From positions 2,670,001 to 2,702,000 of the forward strand of contig FP565575.1 in the NCBI GenBank assembly GCA_000091165.1: 32,000 nt of DNA, in the 5' to 3' direction. Below, in pieces: positions 9,511-16,891 of this stretch; positions within the stretch are counted from its first letter, which is position 1; each line of letters opens with the position of its first letter. The notes beneath the pieces were generated by a model. It saw only the letters and a program-made list of their open reading frames with translations, made no database searches and was not told the origin of the DNA. Position numbers and translations under genes: made by a program. The DNA is from Candidatus Methylomirabilis oxygeniifera (GTDB taxonomy: Bacteria > Methylomirabilota > Methylomirabilia > Methylomirabilales > Methylomirabilaceae).

Positions 9511-9605
9511 GATGTGCCATGATGCGGTGGTGACCTGGATATCGAGGCTATCTGTTGCCACGTCGCCTCAGATCTCTGGCAACGCGCTCGAAGGAGAGGT
9601 GTGAC

Positions 9606-10031
9606 TTAGATGAACACGGCGGGTGACACCTGAAACCGCTTTGCCAAAAGACGAACCTGCCGAATGTTCAATTCCCGCTTGCCATTCAGGATTTCGGATA
9701 CAACGCCCTGAGAGCCGATATCCGACAAGTCCGATTGGTTCAACCCATGCTCTTCCATGAACAACCGAAGCATGTCGGCTTCAGCACATTCAGGCATGGG
9801 ATGATGCGTTTCTTCGTAATCATGAATCAATGTGCCTAGCGTATCTAACAGCCCATACAGGGGATGACGCTCGTTATTACCGATTTCATCCAATAACTCG
9901 TTTAGCCGCTCAATCGCAGTATCATATTCACGCTCATTGCGAATCGTGAGGATAGAACGGATATTGGCCCAATGACTGTGGAGGTCTTTCGTGAGCGTGC
10001 TCATTGTCCCAAAAGTCTCCTCAGTGGTCAT
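9606..10031 (-). CDS. higA: HigA-like XRE-family antitoxin (COG5499 type); no cognate toxin present
   Basis: C-terminal HTH LNQSDLSDIGSQGVVSEILNGKRELNIRQVRLLAKRF. N-terminal IRNEREYDTAIERLNELLDEIG...HPLYGLLDTLGTLIHDYE is typical of this antitoxin class. Alternative start at 10004. Confidence 0.75.
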   Translation of the reverse strand: MTTEETFGTMSTLTKDLHSHWANIRSILTIRNEREYDTAIERLNELLDEIGNNERHPLYGLLDTLGTLIHDYEETHHPMPECAEADMLRLFMEEHGLNQSDLSDIGSQGVVSEILNGKRELNIRQVRLLAKRFQVSPAVFI

Positions 10032-10136
10032 TGCGAGGAAGCCGCAGCAACCGCGGCAATCTCACTGTAGTATTCGGCGTCATGGTATTGGGCCGGTAAG
10101 ACCAGGGAGATTGCTTCGCCTATGCCTCGCAATGAC
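10027..10136. repeat. 110-bp nested palindromic element occupying the slot where higB would be
   Basis: Outer 12-bp arms GTCATTGCGAGG (10027-10038) / CCTCGCAATGAC (10125-10136). Inner 8-bp arms GCAATCTC (10056-10063) / GAGATTGC (10107-10114). Confidence 0.6.
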
Positions 10137-10171
10137 GAGCGGGAGGTGATGGTCTCGGGTTCCTGTGTAAC

Positions 10172-10495
10172 TCAAAGCTCCGGTGCCTGCTCGCGTCGCC
10201 ATTTAGAAAAGTCACGAGCACCGTGAAGAAAGGCGCGGATGATCACTCTGTCCTCGTACACCTTATACAACATGCGGTAGTCGTACACGAGCAACTCACG
10301 GAGGGCTGAGTCGCCGACTTCCTTTACCATTCGGCCTCGCTCCGCAAGTGTCGAGAGACTTGCAGCCGTATCCAGAGCACGGGTGAGTACACGGACCGCA
10401 CCGTCTGGCGATTCCTGCGAGATGTACGCGACAACCTCGTCGAGCGCTTGACGCGCCGACTCGGCCCAGATTACCCGGCGCGTCCGAGCAGCCAC
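10172..10495 (-). CDS. parE: ParE/RelE-family type II toxin
   Basis: VIWAESARQALDEVVAYI...RELLVYDYRMLYKVYEDRVIIRAFLHGARD fits ParE architecture. GTG start overlaps the upstream antitoxin gene by 25 nt. Confidence 0.8.
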   Translation of the reverse strand: MAARTRRVIWAESARQALDEVVAYISQESPDGAVRVLTRALDTAASLSTLAERGRMVKEVGDSALRELLVYDYRMLYKVYEDRVIIRAFLHGARDFSKWRREQAPEL

Positions 10496-10668
10496 TTGCG
10501 GCGCAACTCTGCGTCAACCTGTTCGTGGGGAACAGTCCGACCCGCCTTCTCGTCCCCTTCGCCACGGGCGGCGGCTTGCACGACATAGAGGTGGTATTGC
10601 ACGTCGTCGAGGGTGCAATCGTCCGGGAGACGATCCAAAAGCGCCCGCACTGTGTCTTTGGCTGTCAT
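10471..10668 (-). CDS. Putative antitoxin partner of ParE
   Basis: 65 aa, immediately upstream of and overlapping parE. GGAAGGAG upstream of the ATG. LLDRLPDDCTLDDVQYHLYV resembles small antitoxins paired with RelE/ParE. Confidence 0.65.
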   Translation of the reverse strand: MTAKDTVRALLDRLPDDCTLDDVQYHLYVVQAAARGEGDEKAGRTVPHEQVDAELRRKWLLGRAG

Positions 10669-10776
10669 GAAAACTCTTCTCCTTCCTGCTATCTATCTTC
10701 AAGCATACAAGCCCGCGACCGCGAACTCAACCGTGTCGAATCCGGGAGCGCCCGTTTGGCGGGCTAACACCGGATC

Positions 10777-11026
10777 TCACCGGCGTACGGCAGCGCGTCC
10801 GCGGGAAGTCGCCGGTTCGACCTTCCGCTGTCGCTTCTTGACGATAGCGGCCGGCCCGCGCAGCGCTTCATTGACCGTGTCGTGATCTGAGAAATAACTC
10901 CGCTACGTCGGGATCAATGACGACCACGTTCGCGCCTTCGGCGTATCGTTTGGCATGCTCACCTCGCACGCCGCCGCTGAAATCGTACTCTTCCAGCATG
11001 TCGGGGTCACGCTTTGCTCTCTTCAT
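10777..11026 (-). pseudogene. BrnA-like antitoxin, disrupted by a 1-nt frameshift
   Basis: Frame 1 gives MKRAKRDPDMLEEYDFSGGVRGEHAKRYAEGANVVVIDPDVAEL, stopping at 10868. The conserved tail FSDHDTVNEALRGPAAIVKKRQ continues in the +1 frame to 10777. The shift lies in GAGTTATTTC (~10891-10900). Confidence 0.6.
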
Positions 11027-11292
11027 GTGTCACCCTTTCATAGTTGGTTGCAAGCCTCGTGCTGATGAGTCGTATTCGGTCACCCCGTTTGGTATGCACA
11101 ACGACCACGAGACGATTTCGTTCGATGGGAGTGGCCAAGCAGAACGAAGCGCTCCTCGTCTTCAGAATGCAGGGGATCGTCGATCGTCTTCGACAGGGGA
11201 TCTCGAATGCCGTACTGGCCTCATCGAGGAGACCCCGTGCATTGCGAGGTTCCTGCGAGCCTTCTACAGGCCCATTCAAACACCAAGGTCAT
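11007..11292 (-). pseudogene. BrnT (DUF497) toxin, at least 3 frameshifts
   Basis: Hand translation shows family segments in alternating frames: MTLVFEW / PVEGSQEPRNARGLLDEASTAF / DPLSKTIDDPLHSEDEERFVLLGHS / RNRLVVVVHTKRGDRIRLISTRLATNYER. Confidence 0.7.
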
Positions 11293-11527
11293 CGGATGTC
11301 AACCATCCTTCATAACTCGCTGATTCGTCCAGCGTGGGGTATGGCTCGTGACCTCCAGGATGTGGGGGCCTGGTGCTCATCGATCCGCGGTAACGGCTTT
11401 ATCGCTCGCCTGCCCAGGATGTCGCCTGAGAAGAATCACAACGCGGCTTCAAGAATATGGAATAGTTACGGCTCGATAGAGGTGCCCAGCGCCTTTTTAC
11501 TTACGGTTAACATTTTCTCACTTGGGA

Positions 11528-12010
11528 CTACCAGTCACCAATGATTTGCCGGGTTTTGCCAGCGGAGATCGGAATTGATTTTCGTGGGTTGACAGGAAAC
11601 TCCGCCTTGCAGTTCGGACAATCGAAGACTCCCGTTATCATACGTCGGTCCTGGAGGATCTGCGCTGAGCCTTTCACAAAGCAGACTGGACACGCATAGT
11701 GCTTCGGAGGTCCGCTCGACTCGTAGACGACTGCACCGCCTGGCGTCTCGCTGAGCCGGTACTGAGCTTTCACCGCATTCCATTCATCGCGAGCGGCAAG
11801 GTCCTGGCGGAGGCGGTCGTTCTCGCTTTGGAGTCGGAACAGCTCCTCTCGCAACTCGAAGAGGGTGTCCAGTGCCGTGCCCAGCTTTTCGAGCACCGCC
11901 GTCACCTGGATCTGTGTCTCTTTTTCAATCTTGTACCCGAGCGCTGCTTGCAAAGAGTCCTTCGCGAACTTGATCCCAGTGATAGCTGCGCCGACCGTGG
12001 CGATGTCCAT
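11528..12010 (-). CDS. Hypothetical coiled-coil protein with C-terminal CPxC...CPxC zinc ribbon
   Basis: 160-aa ORF with a heptad-rich middle (LFELREELFRLQSENDRLRQDLAARDEW), then CPVCF...CPNCK. Own promoter-like module upstream. Confidence 0.55.
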   Translation of the reverse strand: MDIATVGAAITGIKFAKDSLQAALGYKIEKETQIQVTAVLEKLGTALDTLFELREELFRLQSENDRLRQDLAARDEWNAVKAQYRLSETPGGAVVYESSGPPKHYACPVCFVKGSAQILQDRRMITGVFDCPNCKAEFPVNPRKSIPISAGKTRQIIGDW

Positions 12011-12092
12011 ATCGAGTTCCCCCTCCTGCCGCTAACTCTTGACGAGATCGGTTAACCCCTCTCGCATGTAGAAACCTTCAACGTTTGGGGCA

Positions 12093-12121
12093 ATTTTCCC
12101 GCCTTTGCAAGGACTTGTCAA
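12093..12121 (-). promoter_or_regulatory. Sigma70-like promoter (TTGACA-17-GAAAAT, minus strand)
   Basis: Minus-strand TTGACA = 12116-12121 and GAAAAT = 12093-12098, upstream of the 12010 gene. Homologous to the 9481-9524 module. Confidence 0.4.
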
Positions 12122-12264
12122 GATTCGCCATGACTTTGGGAACCGGCCGGTCTTGACAGCGGCGGGGTGATCTGATAACTGCTTACACGAGCAGAGGGTT
12201 GTGTCCGCCCATGCCGGGACTTGGCGGCGTCTTACGGTGACAAGCAGCAGCAGACACGAGGTGA

Positions 12265-12618
12265 ATGATGCCGATCTATGAATACGCGTGCAGCAGTTGC
12301 AGGAAGCGGGTAAGCCTGCTGATCCGGAATATCCATCACCCCGCTACGCCCGTCTGCCCACGCTGTGGGGGTCGGGAGTTGACGCGGCTGCTCTCCCGGT
12401 TCGCCGTGGTCAAGTCTGAAGAGAGCCGCTTTGAGCGGATGGCCGACCCCAGCAATTTCGGCGATCTTGACGAGAACGATCCGAAGAGTGTGGCGCGCTG
12501 GGCCAAGCGGATGGGGAAAGAGATGGGCGAGGATGTCGGCGAGGACTTCGACCAGATGATGGAAGAGGCAGCGGAGGAAGAGGGGGCGGCCGGAGGGGGA
12601 GCAGAGACCGAGGAGTAG
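12265..12618 (+). CDS. FmdB-family zinc-ribbon protein
   Basis: MPIYEYACSSC...CPRCGG N-terminal zinc ribbon and an acidic C-terminal tail. Confidence 0.8.
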   Translation: MMPIYEYACSSCRKRVSLLIRNIHHPATPVCPRCGGRELTRLLSRFAVVKSEESRFERMADPSNFGDLDENDPKSVARWAKRMGKEMGEDVGEDFDQMMEEAAEEEGAAGGGAETEE

Positions 12619-12659
12619 GTGACGGATGTGCGCCCGGCCTTCCCGAACCGCGTTTCACC

Positions 12660-12689
12660 TTGACATTGGCGCGCCGTTTTGGATATAGT
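12660..12689 (+). promoter_or_regulatory. Sigma70-like promoter (TTGACA-18-TATAGT)
   Basis: TTGACA 12660-12665, TATAGT 12684-12689, about 50 nt upstream of ATG 12741. Confidence 0.45.
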
Positions 12690-12740
12690 CGCCACGGATT
12701 AAAGAGACATATCGGCGTCATCATAACGTTAGAGGCAGCG

Positions 12741-13880
12741 ATGAAAAAGCGACATTTACTAGCGCCAGGCCCGACTCCGGTCCTTCCGGAGGCCTTGCTG
12801 GCGATGGCCAGGCCGATTCTGTACCATCGCGGTCCTGAGTACGAAGTGCTCCTTGCCTCCGTCCGGGAAGGGCTCAAATTTCTCTTCCAAACCAAAAACG
12901 AGGTGCTGTTGTTCACCTCATCCGGTACCGGTGGGATGGAGGGGACTGTGGTGAACACGCTCTCACCCGGCGATCATGCCGTGGTCATCAGGAGCGGTAA
13001 GTTCGGCGAACGCTGGGGAGAGATCTGCGAGGCCTATGGCCTTCAGCCTCAGTACATCGATGTCGAGTGGGGGCGAGCGGTAGAGCCCGACCTCGTGGCG
13101 GCGGCGCTTGCGGCTGATCCCTCGATCAAGGCGGTCTTTGCCACGCACACAGAGAGCTCCACCGGCGTCATACACGATATTGAGGCGATCGCCCGGATCG
13201 TGGGGAGGACGCCGGCCATCCTGGTCGTTGACGCCATTATGAGTCTGGGGGTGGCAAGTTTGCCGATGGATACCTGGGGGGTGGACGTCGTTGTGGGCGG
13301 ATCTCAGAAGGGCTTGATGATCCCGCCGGGTCTCGCCTTCTGCGCGGTCTCCGACAAGGCCTGGGCGATGGTGCGACAATCCCGCCTTCCGAAGTTCTAC
13401 TTCAACTTCCTGGCAGAGCGGAAGAGCCTGGAGAAGAACCAGAATACCTTCACGCCGGCGGTGTCGTTGGTCATGGCGCTTCACGAGTCCCTCGCCGCGA
13501 TCAGGGCGGAGGGTCTCACTGCGCTGTTCGCGCGGCATGATCGGCTTGCGCGGGCGACCCGTGCCGGCGTGCGCGCGCTCGGACTCGAACTATTCACCGA
13601 CCGGCCTACCCCGGCGCTGACCGCCGTTGTCGCCCCGTCGGGTCTCGAGGCCGGCGCCATCGTAAAGAGGCTTCGAGCGGCTCACGGTATCACCATCTCG
13701 GGCGGACAGGCGCAGCTTAAAGGGAAAATCTTCCGTTTGGCTCACCTGGGATACGCCGACGAATCCGATGTTGTGATCTGCCTCGCGGCACTGGAACGAA
13801 CCCTTACCGATCTCGGCTACCCGGTCAAGCTGGGCGAGGGGGTACGGGCGGCCCAAGAGGTGCTGAGTCAGGCGGGCTGA
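12741..13880 (+). CDS. Class-V (AGT/serine-glyoxylate-type) pyridoxal-phosphate aminotransferase
   Basis: ORF 12660..13880. ATG 12741 gives MKKRHLLAPGPTPV, the typical family N-terminus. PLP-lysine motif VVGGSQKGLMIPPG. Confidence 0.9.
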   Translation: MKKRHLLAPGPTPVLPEALLAMARPILYHRGPEYEVLLASVREGLKFLFQTKNEVLLFTSSGTGGMEGTVVNTLSPGDHAVVIRSGKFGERWGEICEAYGLQPQYIDVEWGRAVEPDLVAAALAADPSIKAVFATHTESSTGVIHDIEAIARIVGRTPAILVVDAIMSLGVASLPMDTWGVDVVVGGSQKGLMIPPGLAFCAVSDKAWAMVRQSRLPKFYFNFLAERKSLEKNQNTFTPAVSLVMALHESLAAIRAEGLTALFARHDRLARATRAGVRALGLELFTDRPTPALTAVVAPSGLEAGAIVKRLRAAHGITISGGQAQLKGKIFRLAHLGYADESDVVICLAALERTLTDLGYPVKLGEGVRAAQEVLSQAG

Positions 13881-13888
13881 GGAAGAGC

Positions 13889-13923
13889 AGCTCTCAGCTA
13901 ACAGCCGACAGCTAATAGCTGAC
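13889..13923. repeat. Five tandem heptamers CAGCTCT CAGCTAA CAGCCGA CAGCTAA TAGCTGA, flanked by AAGAGCA/TGCTCTT inverted repeat
   Basis: Read directly in the aminotransferase-serA spacer. Flanking inverted 7-mers at 13884-13890 and 13927-13933. Confidence 0.6.
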
Positions 13924-13946
13924 TGTTGCTCTTGATAGGGGAACGA

Positions 13947-15527
13947 ATGCGAATCCTTGTAAGCGACGGCTTGTCGCCGCGCGGCATCGAGGTGTTGCGC
14001 CAGGCCGAGGGGTTTGAGGTCGATGAGCGGCGCAAGTTGACACCGGAGGCGCTGCAGGAGTGCATCGACAACTACGACGGCCTGATTGTCCGTAGCGCCA
14101 CCAAGGTCACCGCGCCGATCCTGCGAGCTGCGCACCACCTTAAGGTGGTAGGGCGGGCGGGCGTCGGGGTGGACAATATCGACGTCGAGGCGGCGACCGC
14201 TCGCGGTGTCCTGGTGATGAATGCCCCAAGCGGCAATACTCTGGCCACCGCCGAACATACCTTCTCACTCCTGCTGTCGCTTGCCAAGAATATCCCGCAG
14301 GCGACCGCCTCGATGAAAGGCGGTCGGTGGGAGAAGGGCGCATTTCTCAGTGTCGAGTTGGGGGGGAAGACGTTGGGGATCATCGGCTTGGGGCGGATCG
14401 GCGGCGAGGTGGCTCGACGCGCCAAAGGGTTTGCCATGCGCGTCATCGTCGCTGATCCCTTTGTGTCCGAAGAGACCGCGACCGCGCTGGGGGTCGAACT
14501 GGTGGAACTCCCGGACCTGTTCCAACGGTCGGATTTTATCACCGTTCACACCCCTATCACCCCGGAGACGTACCATCTCATCGATCGCGACGCGATCGCG
14601 CGGATGAAAACAGGGGTTCGGATCATCAATTGCGCGAGGGGCGGGATCGTCGACGAGACGGCGCTGTATGAGGCGATGAAGGCCGGCAAGGTTGCGGGCG
14701 CGGCGATGGATGTGTTTGAACAGGAGCCGACGACCGACTCGTCGCTGTTTTCGCTCAACAACTTCATCTGCACCCCGCATATCGGCGCAGCGAGCGAGGA
14801 AGCGCAGGAGAATGTCGCCGTCGAGATCGCCCAGCAAATCGTCGAGTATCTCCAGAAAGGGCTGATCAGGAACGCCGTGAATGCCCCGTCGATCGATCCG
14901 GCGCTGTACAAGATGCTTCAGCCGTACCTCACCCTGTCCGAGAAACTGGGCCGCCTGGCCTCTCAGCTTGCCGAGGGGGGGCTGCGCCAGATTCGGATCG
15001 ATTACCGGGGTGAGATTGCGGGCTATGACCCGGCGGCGCTCACCGCATCCGTCATCAAGGGGGCGCTGGACCCCTTCCTGGGCGATGAGGTCAACTACGT
15101 CAACGCCCTGGCTCTGGCGAAAGGACGCGGCATCCGGATCATCGAGAGTAAGGTGCTGGAGGAAGCCGACTACGCGAGCCTCATCACCGTCTCGATTAAA
15201 GGCGACCGTGGCACGAGTGAGGTGGCAGGGACGCTCTTCAGCCGCCGCGAGCCTAGGGTCGTCCGGATCAACGAATTCCGTCTGGAAGCCATTCCGGAGG
15301 GTTATCTCCTGATCTTTTCCAATTTGGACGTACCTGGAGTTATCGGGACGATCGGCACCTTGCTCGGAAAGCACCGGGTCAACATCGCCGGAATGCAGTT
15401 GGGGCGGGAGCAACCCGGCGGTCGGGCCGTATCGGTGGTGAATGTCGACAATCCTGTTCCTGCTCATGTCATCGATGAGATCCGGCGGCTTCCCAATATC
15501 GTCTTCGTCAAGCTGGTGAAGGCCTAA
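13947..15527 (+). CDS. serA: D-3-phosphoglycerate dehydrogenase (long form with ACT domain)
   Basis: MRILVSDGLS start (ATG 13947, AGGGGA upstream). NAD fold GIIGLGRIGGEVARRA. C-terminal ACT-like LLIFSNLDVPGVIGTIGTLLGKHRVNIAGMQLGR. Confidence 0.95.
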   Translation: MRILVSDGLSPRGIEVLRQAEGFEVDERRKLTPEALQECIDNYDGLIVRSATKVTAPILRAAHHLKVVGRAGVGVDNIDVEAATARGVLVMNAPSGNTLATAEHTFSLLLSLAKNIPQATASMKGGRWEKGAFLSVELGGKTLGIIGLGRIGGEVARRAKGFAMRVIVADPFVSEETATALGVELVELPDLFQRSDFITVHTPITPETYHLIDRDAIARMKTGVRIINCARGGIVDETALYEAMKAGKVAGAAMDVFEQEPTTDSSLFSLNNFICTPHIGAASEEAQENVAVEIAQQIVEYLQKGLIRNAVNAPSIDPALYKMLQPYLTLSEKLGRLASQLAEGGLRQIRIDYRGEIAGYDPAALTASVIKGALDPFLGDEVNYVNALALAKGRGIRIIESKVLEEADYASLITVSIKGDRGTSEVAGTLFSRREPRVVRINEFRLEAIPEGYLLIFSNLDVPGVIGTIGTLLGKHRVNIAGMQLGREQPGGRAVSVVNVDNPVPAHVIDEIRRLPNIVFVKLVKA

Positions 15528-15530
15528 AAG

Positions 15531-15572
15531 CAGCGGTCAGTGATCACGAAACGCTGAACGCTGATAGCCGAT
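15531..15572. repeat. 7-nt-periodic CAGC/GCTG repeat in serA-hisZ spacer
   Basis: CAGCGGT CAGTGAT CACGAAA CGCTGAA CGCTGAT AGCCGAT. Shares the exact 16-mer GCTGAACGCTGATAGC with 18263-18278. Confidence 0.55.
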
Positions 15573-15577
15573 CTTCA

Positions 15578-16891
15578 ATGAGCGACTTCGAATATTCCCC
15601 CAAGACCGCCATCCCGAAAGGGGTTCGGGTCTTTCCGCCGGAGGAGACCGCACTGCGCCGCTGGGCGGAGCGCCGGATCCTGACGGTTTTCGAGAGATGG
15701 GGGTTCCAGGAGGTCATCACCCCGACGTTCGAATATCTGGAGGTCTTCTCGGGAGAGCCGGAGCGGGAGGGCGGAGACAAGATCTTCAAGTTCGTCGATC
15801 GGCCGACCGGCCGTCTGCTCGCGCTGCGGTACGACCCGACCCCTCAGGTGGCGCGCCTCGCCGCGACCACCCTTCGGCACCGGTCCTTGCCGTTGCGTCT
15901 TTCGTACGCGACAAATATCTTTCGCGATGAGGCCCCTCAGACCGGTCGGCAACGCGAGTATGTCCAGCTTGGCGTGGAACTGATCGGGCTGGAGCGGCCG
16001 GAGGCCGATGCCGAGATGGTGGCGATGGCGATAGAAGGCTGCCGAGCCCTCGGCCTGCAGCGCTTTCAAATCGATGTGGGGCAGATCGAGTATGTGCGGG
16101 GGCTCGTCGATGCCCTGGGGCCTCCACCTGATCGACGCCGGGCGTTGGTTTCGGCCATCGATAGGAAGGATACTGTCGAGATTGAACTGCTCGTCCGAGG
16201 TCTGGACGCGGACGACAAGTCCAAGCAGGCGGTGTTGGAACTGCCGATGCTCTATGGAGGGAAGGAGGTCCTGGCTCGTGGGCGGGATCTGGCGCCTAAC
16301 CGCCGGTCGCAAGAGGCCCTGCGAAACCTCGCCCAGGTCTATGAGGTGCTGGAGCAGTACGGTCTGGCGGATCAGGTCATCATTGATCTCGGTGAAGCGA
16401 GAGCCTTCGAGTACCACACCGGCGTCACCTTTTCGGCATTCGCGCAGGGCCTGGGTTCCGAGATTTCGCGCGGCGGCCGATACGACGACCTGATCGGTGG
16501 GTTCGGGTATCCGTGTCCCGCCACCGGCTTCGCCTTCGATCTGGACAAGGTCATGGAGGCGGTCGCGACCGAGAACCGGCCTCCGCCGGCGACCGGTCAG
16601 AGGTTCCTGATTATCGACTTCAACCCCGATAAGCGGAACGCCCTTCGCGTCGCGCGGCTTCTGCGGGAACAGGGTTACACGGCAGCGAGAGACATCATTA
16701 CGCGGGGCCTGGAGGGCTCATTTGACTATGCCAAAAGATCCGGGATCGGCCGAGCGATCGTGCTGGGCCTTCCTCATCTGCCTCAAGATGAATTGCTTAT
16801 CAGGGATCTTGCCTCTGGGACTGAGGAGCGGGTCCCGGTCGAGCGGTTTTGCGGCGAGGTCGAACGTGGAGAGCGGCGATGGCTAATGTAA
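15578..16891 (+). CDS. hisZ: ATP phosphoribosyltransferase regulatory subunit HisZ (HisRS paralogue)
   Basis: HisRS-like core (FEYHTGVTFSAF...RGGRYDDLIGGFG...ATGFAFDLDKV), with DLD where HisS has G-x-ER. Located directly upstream of purA. Confidence 0.8.
   Translation: MSDFEYSPKTAIPKGVRVFPPEETALRRWAERRILTVFERWGFQEVITPTFEYLEVFSGEPEREGGDKIFKFVDRPTGRLLALRYDPTPQVARLAATTLRHRSLPLRLSYATNIFRDEAPQTGRQREYVQLGVELIGLERPEADAEMVAMAIEGCRALGLQRFQIDVGQIEYVRGLVDALGPPPDRRRALVSAIDRKDTVEIELLVRGLDADDKSKQAVLELPMLYGGKEVLARGRDLAPNRRSQEALRNLAQVYEVLEQYGLADQVIIDLGEARAFEYHTGVTFSAFAQGLGSEISRGGRYDDLIGGFGYPCPATGFAFDLDKVMEAVATENRPPPATGQRFLIIDFNPDKRNALRVARLLREQGYTAARDIITRGLEGSFDYAKRSGIGRAIVLGLPHLPQDELLIRDLASGTEERVPVERFCGEVERGERRWLM

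Noticed and set aside
14265-15467. Very long antisense ORFs, e.g. 400 aa opposite serA. Similar cases: 2679-3563 opposite comM, 7358-8224 opposite ffh, 15575-16417 opposite hisZ, 18302-19117 opposite dusB, 25275-26051 and 25697-26680 opposite queC/queE, 13590-14258, and 12410-12958.
   Set aside because: The opposite strand carries genes with clear conserved motifs in each case. The antisense products are Arg/Pro/Gly-rich and low-complexity, as expected from stop-codon depletion in high-GC DNA.
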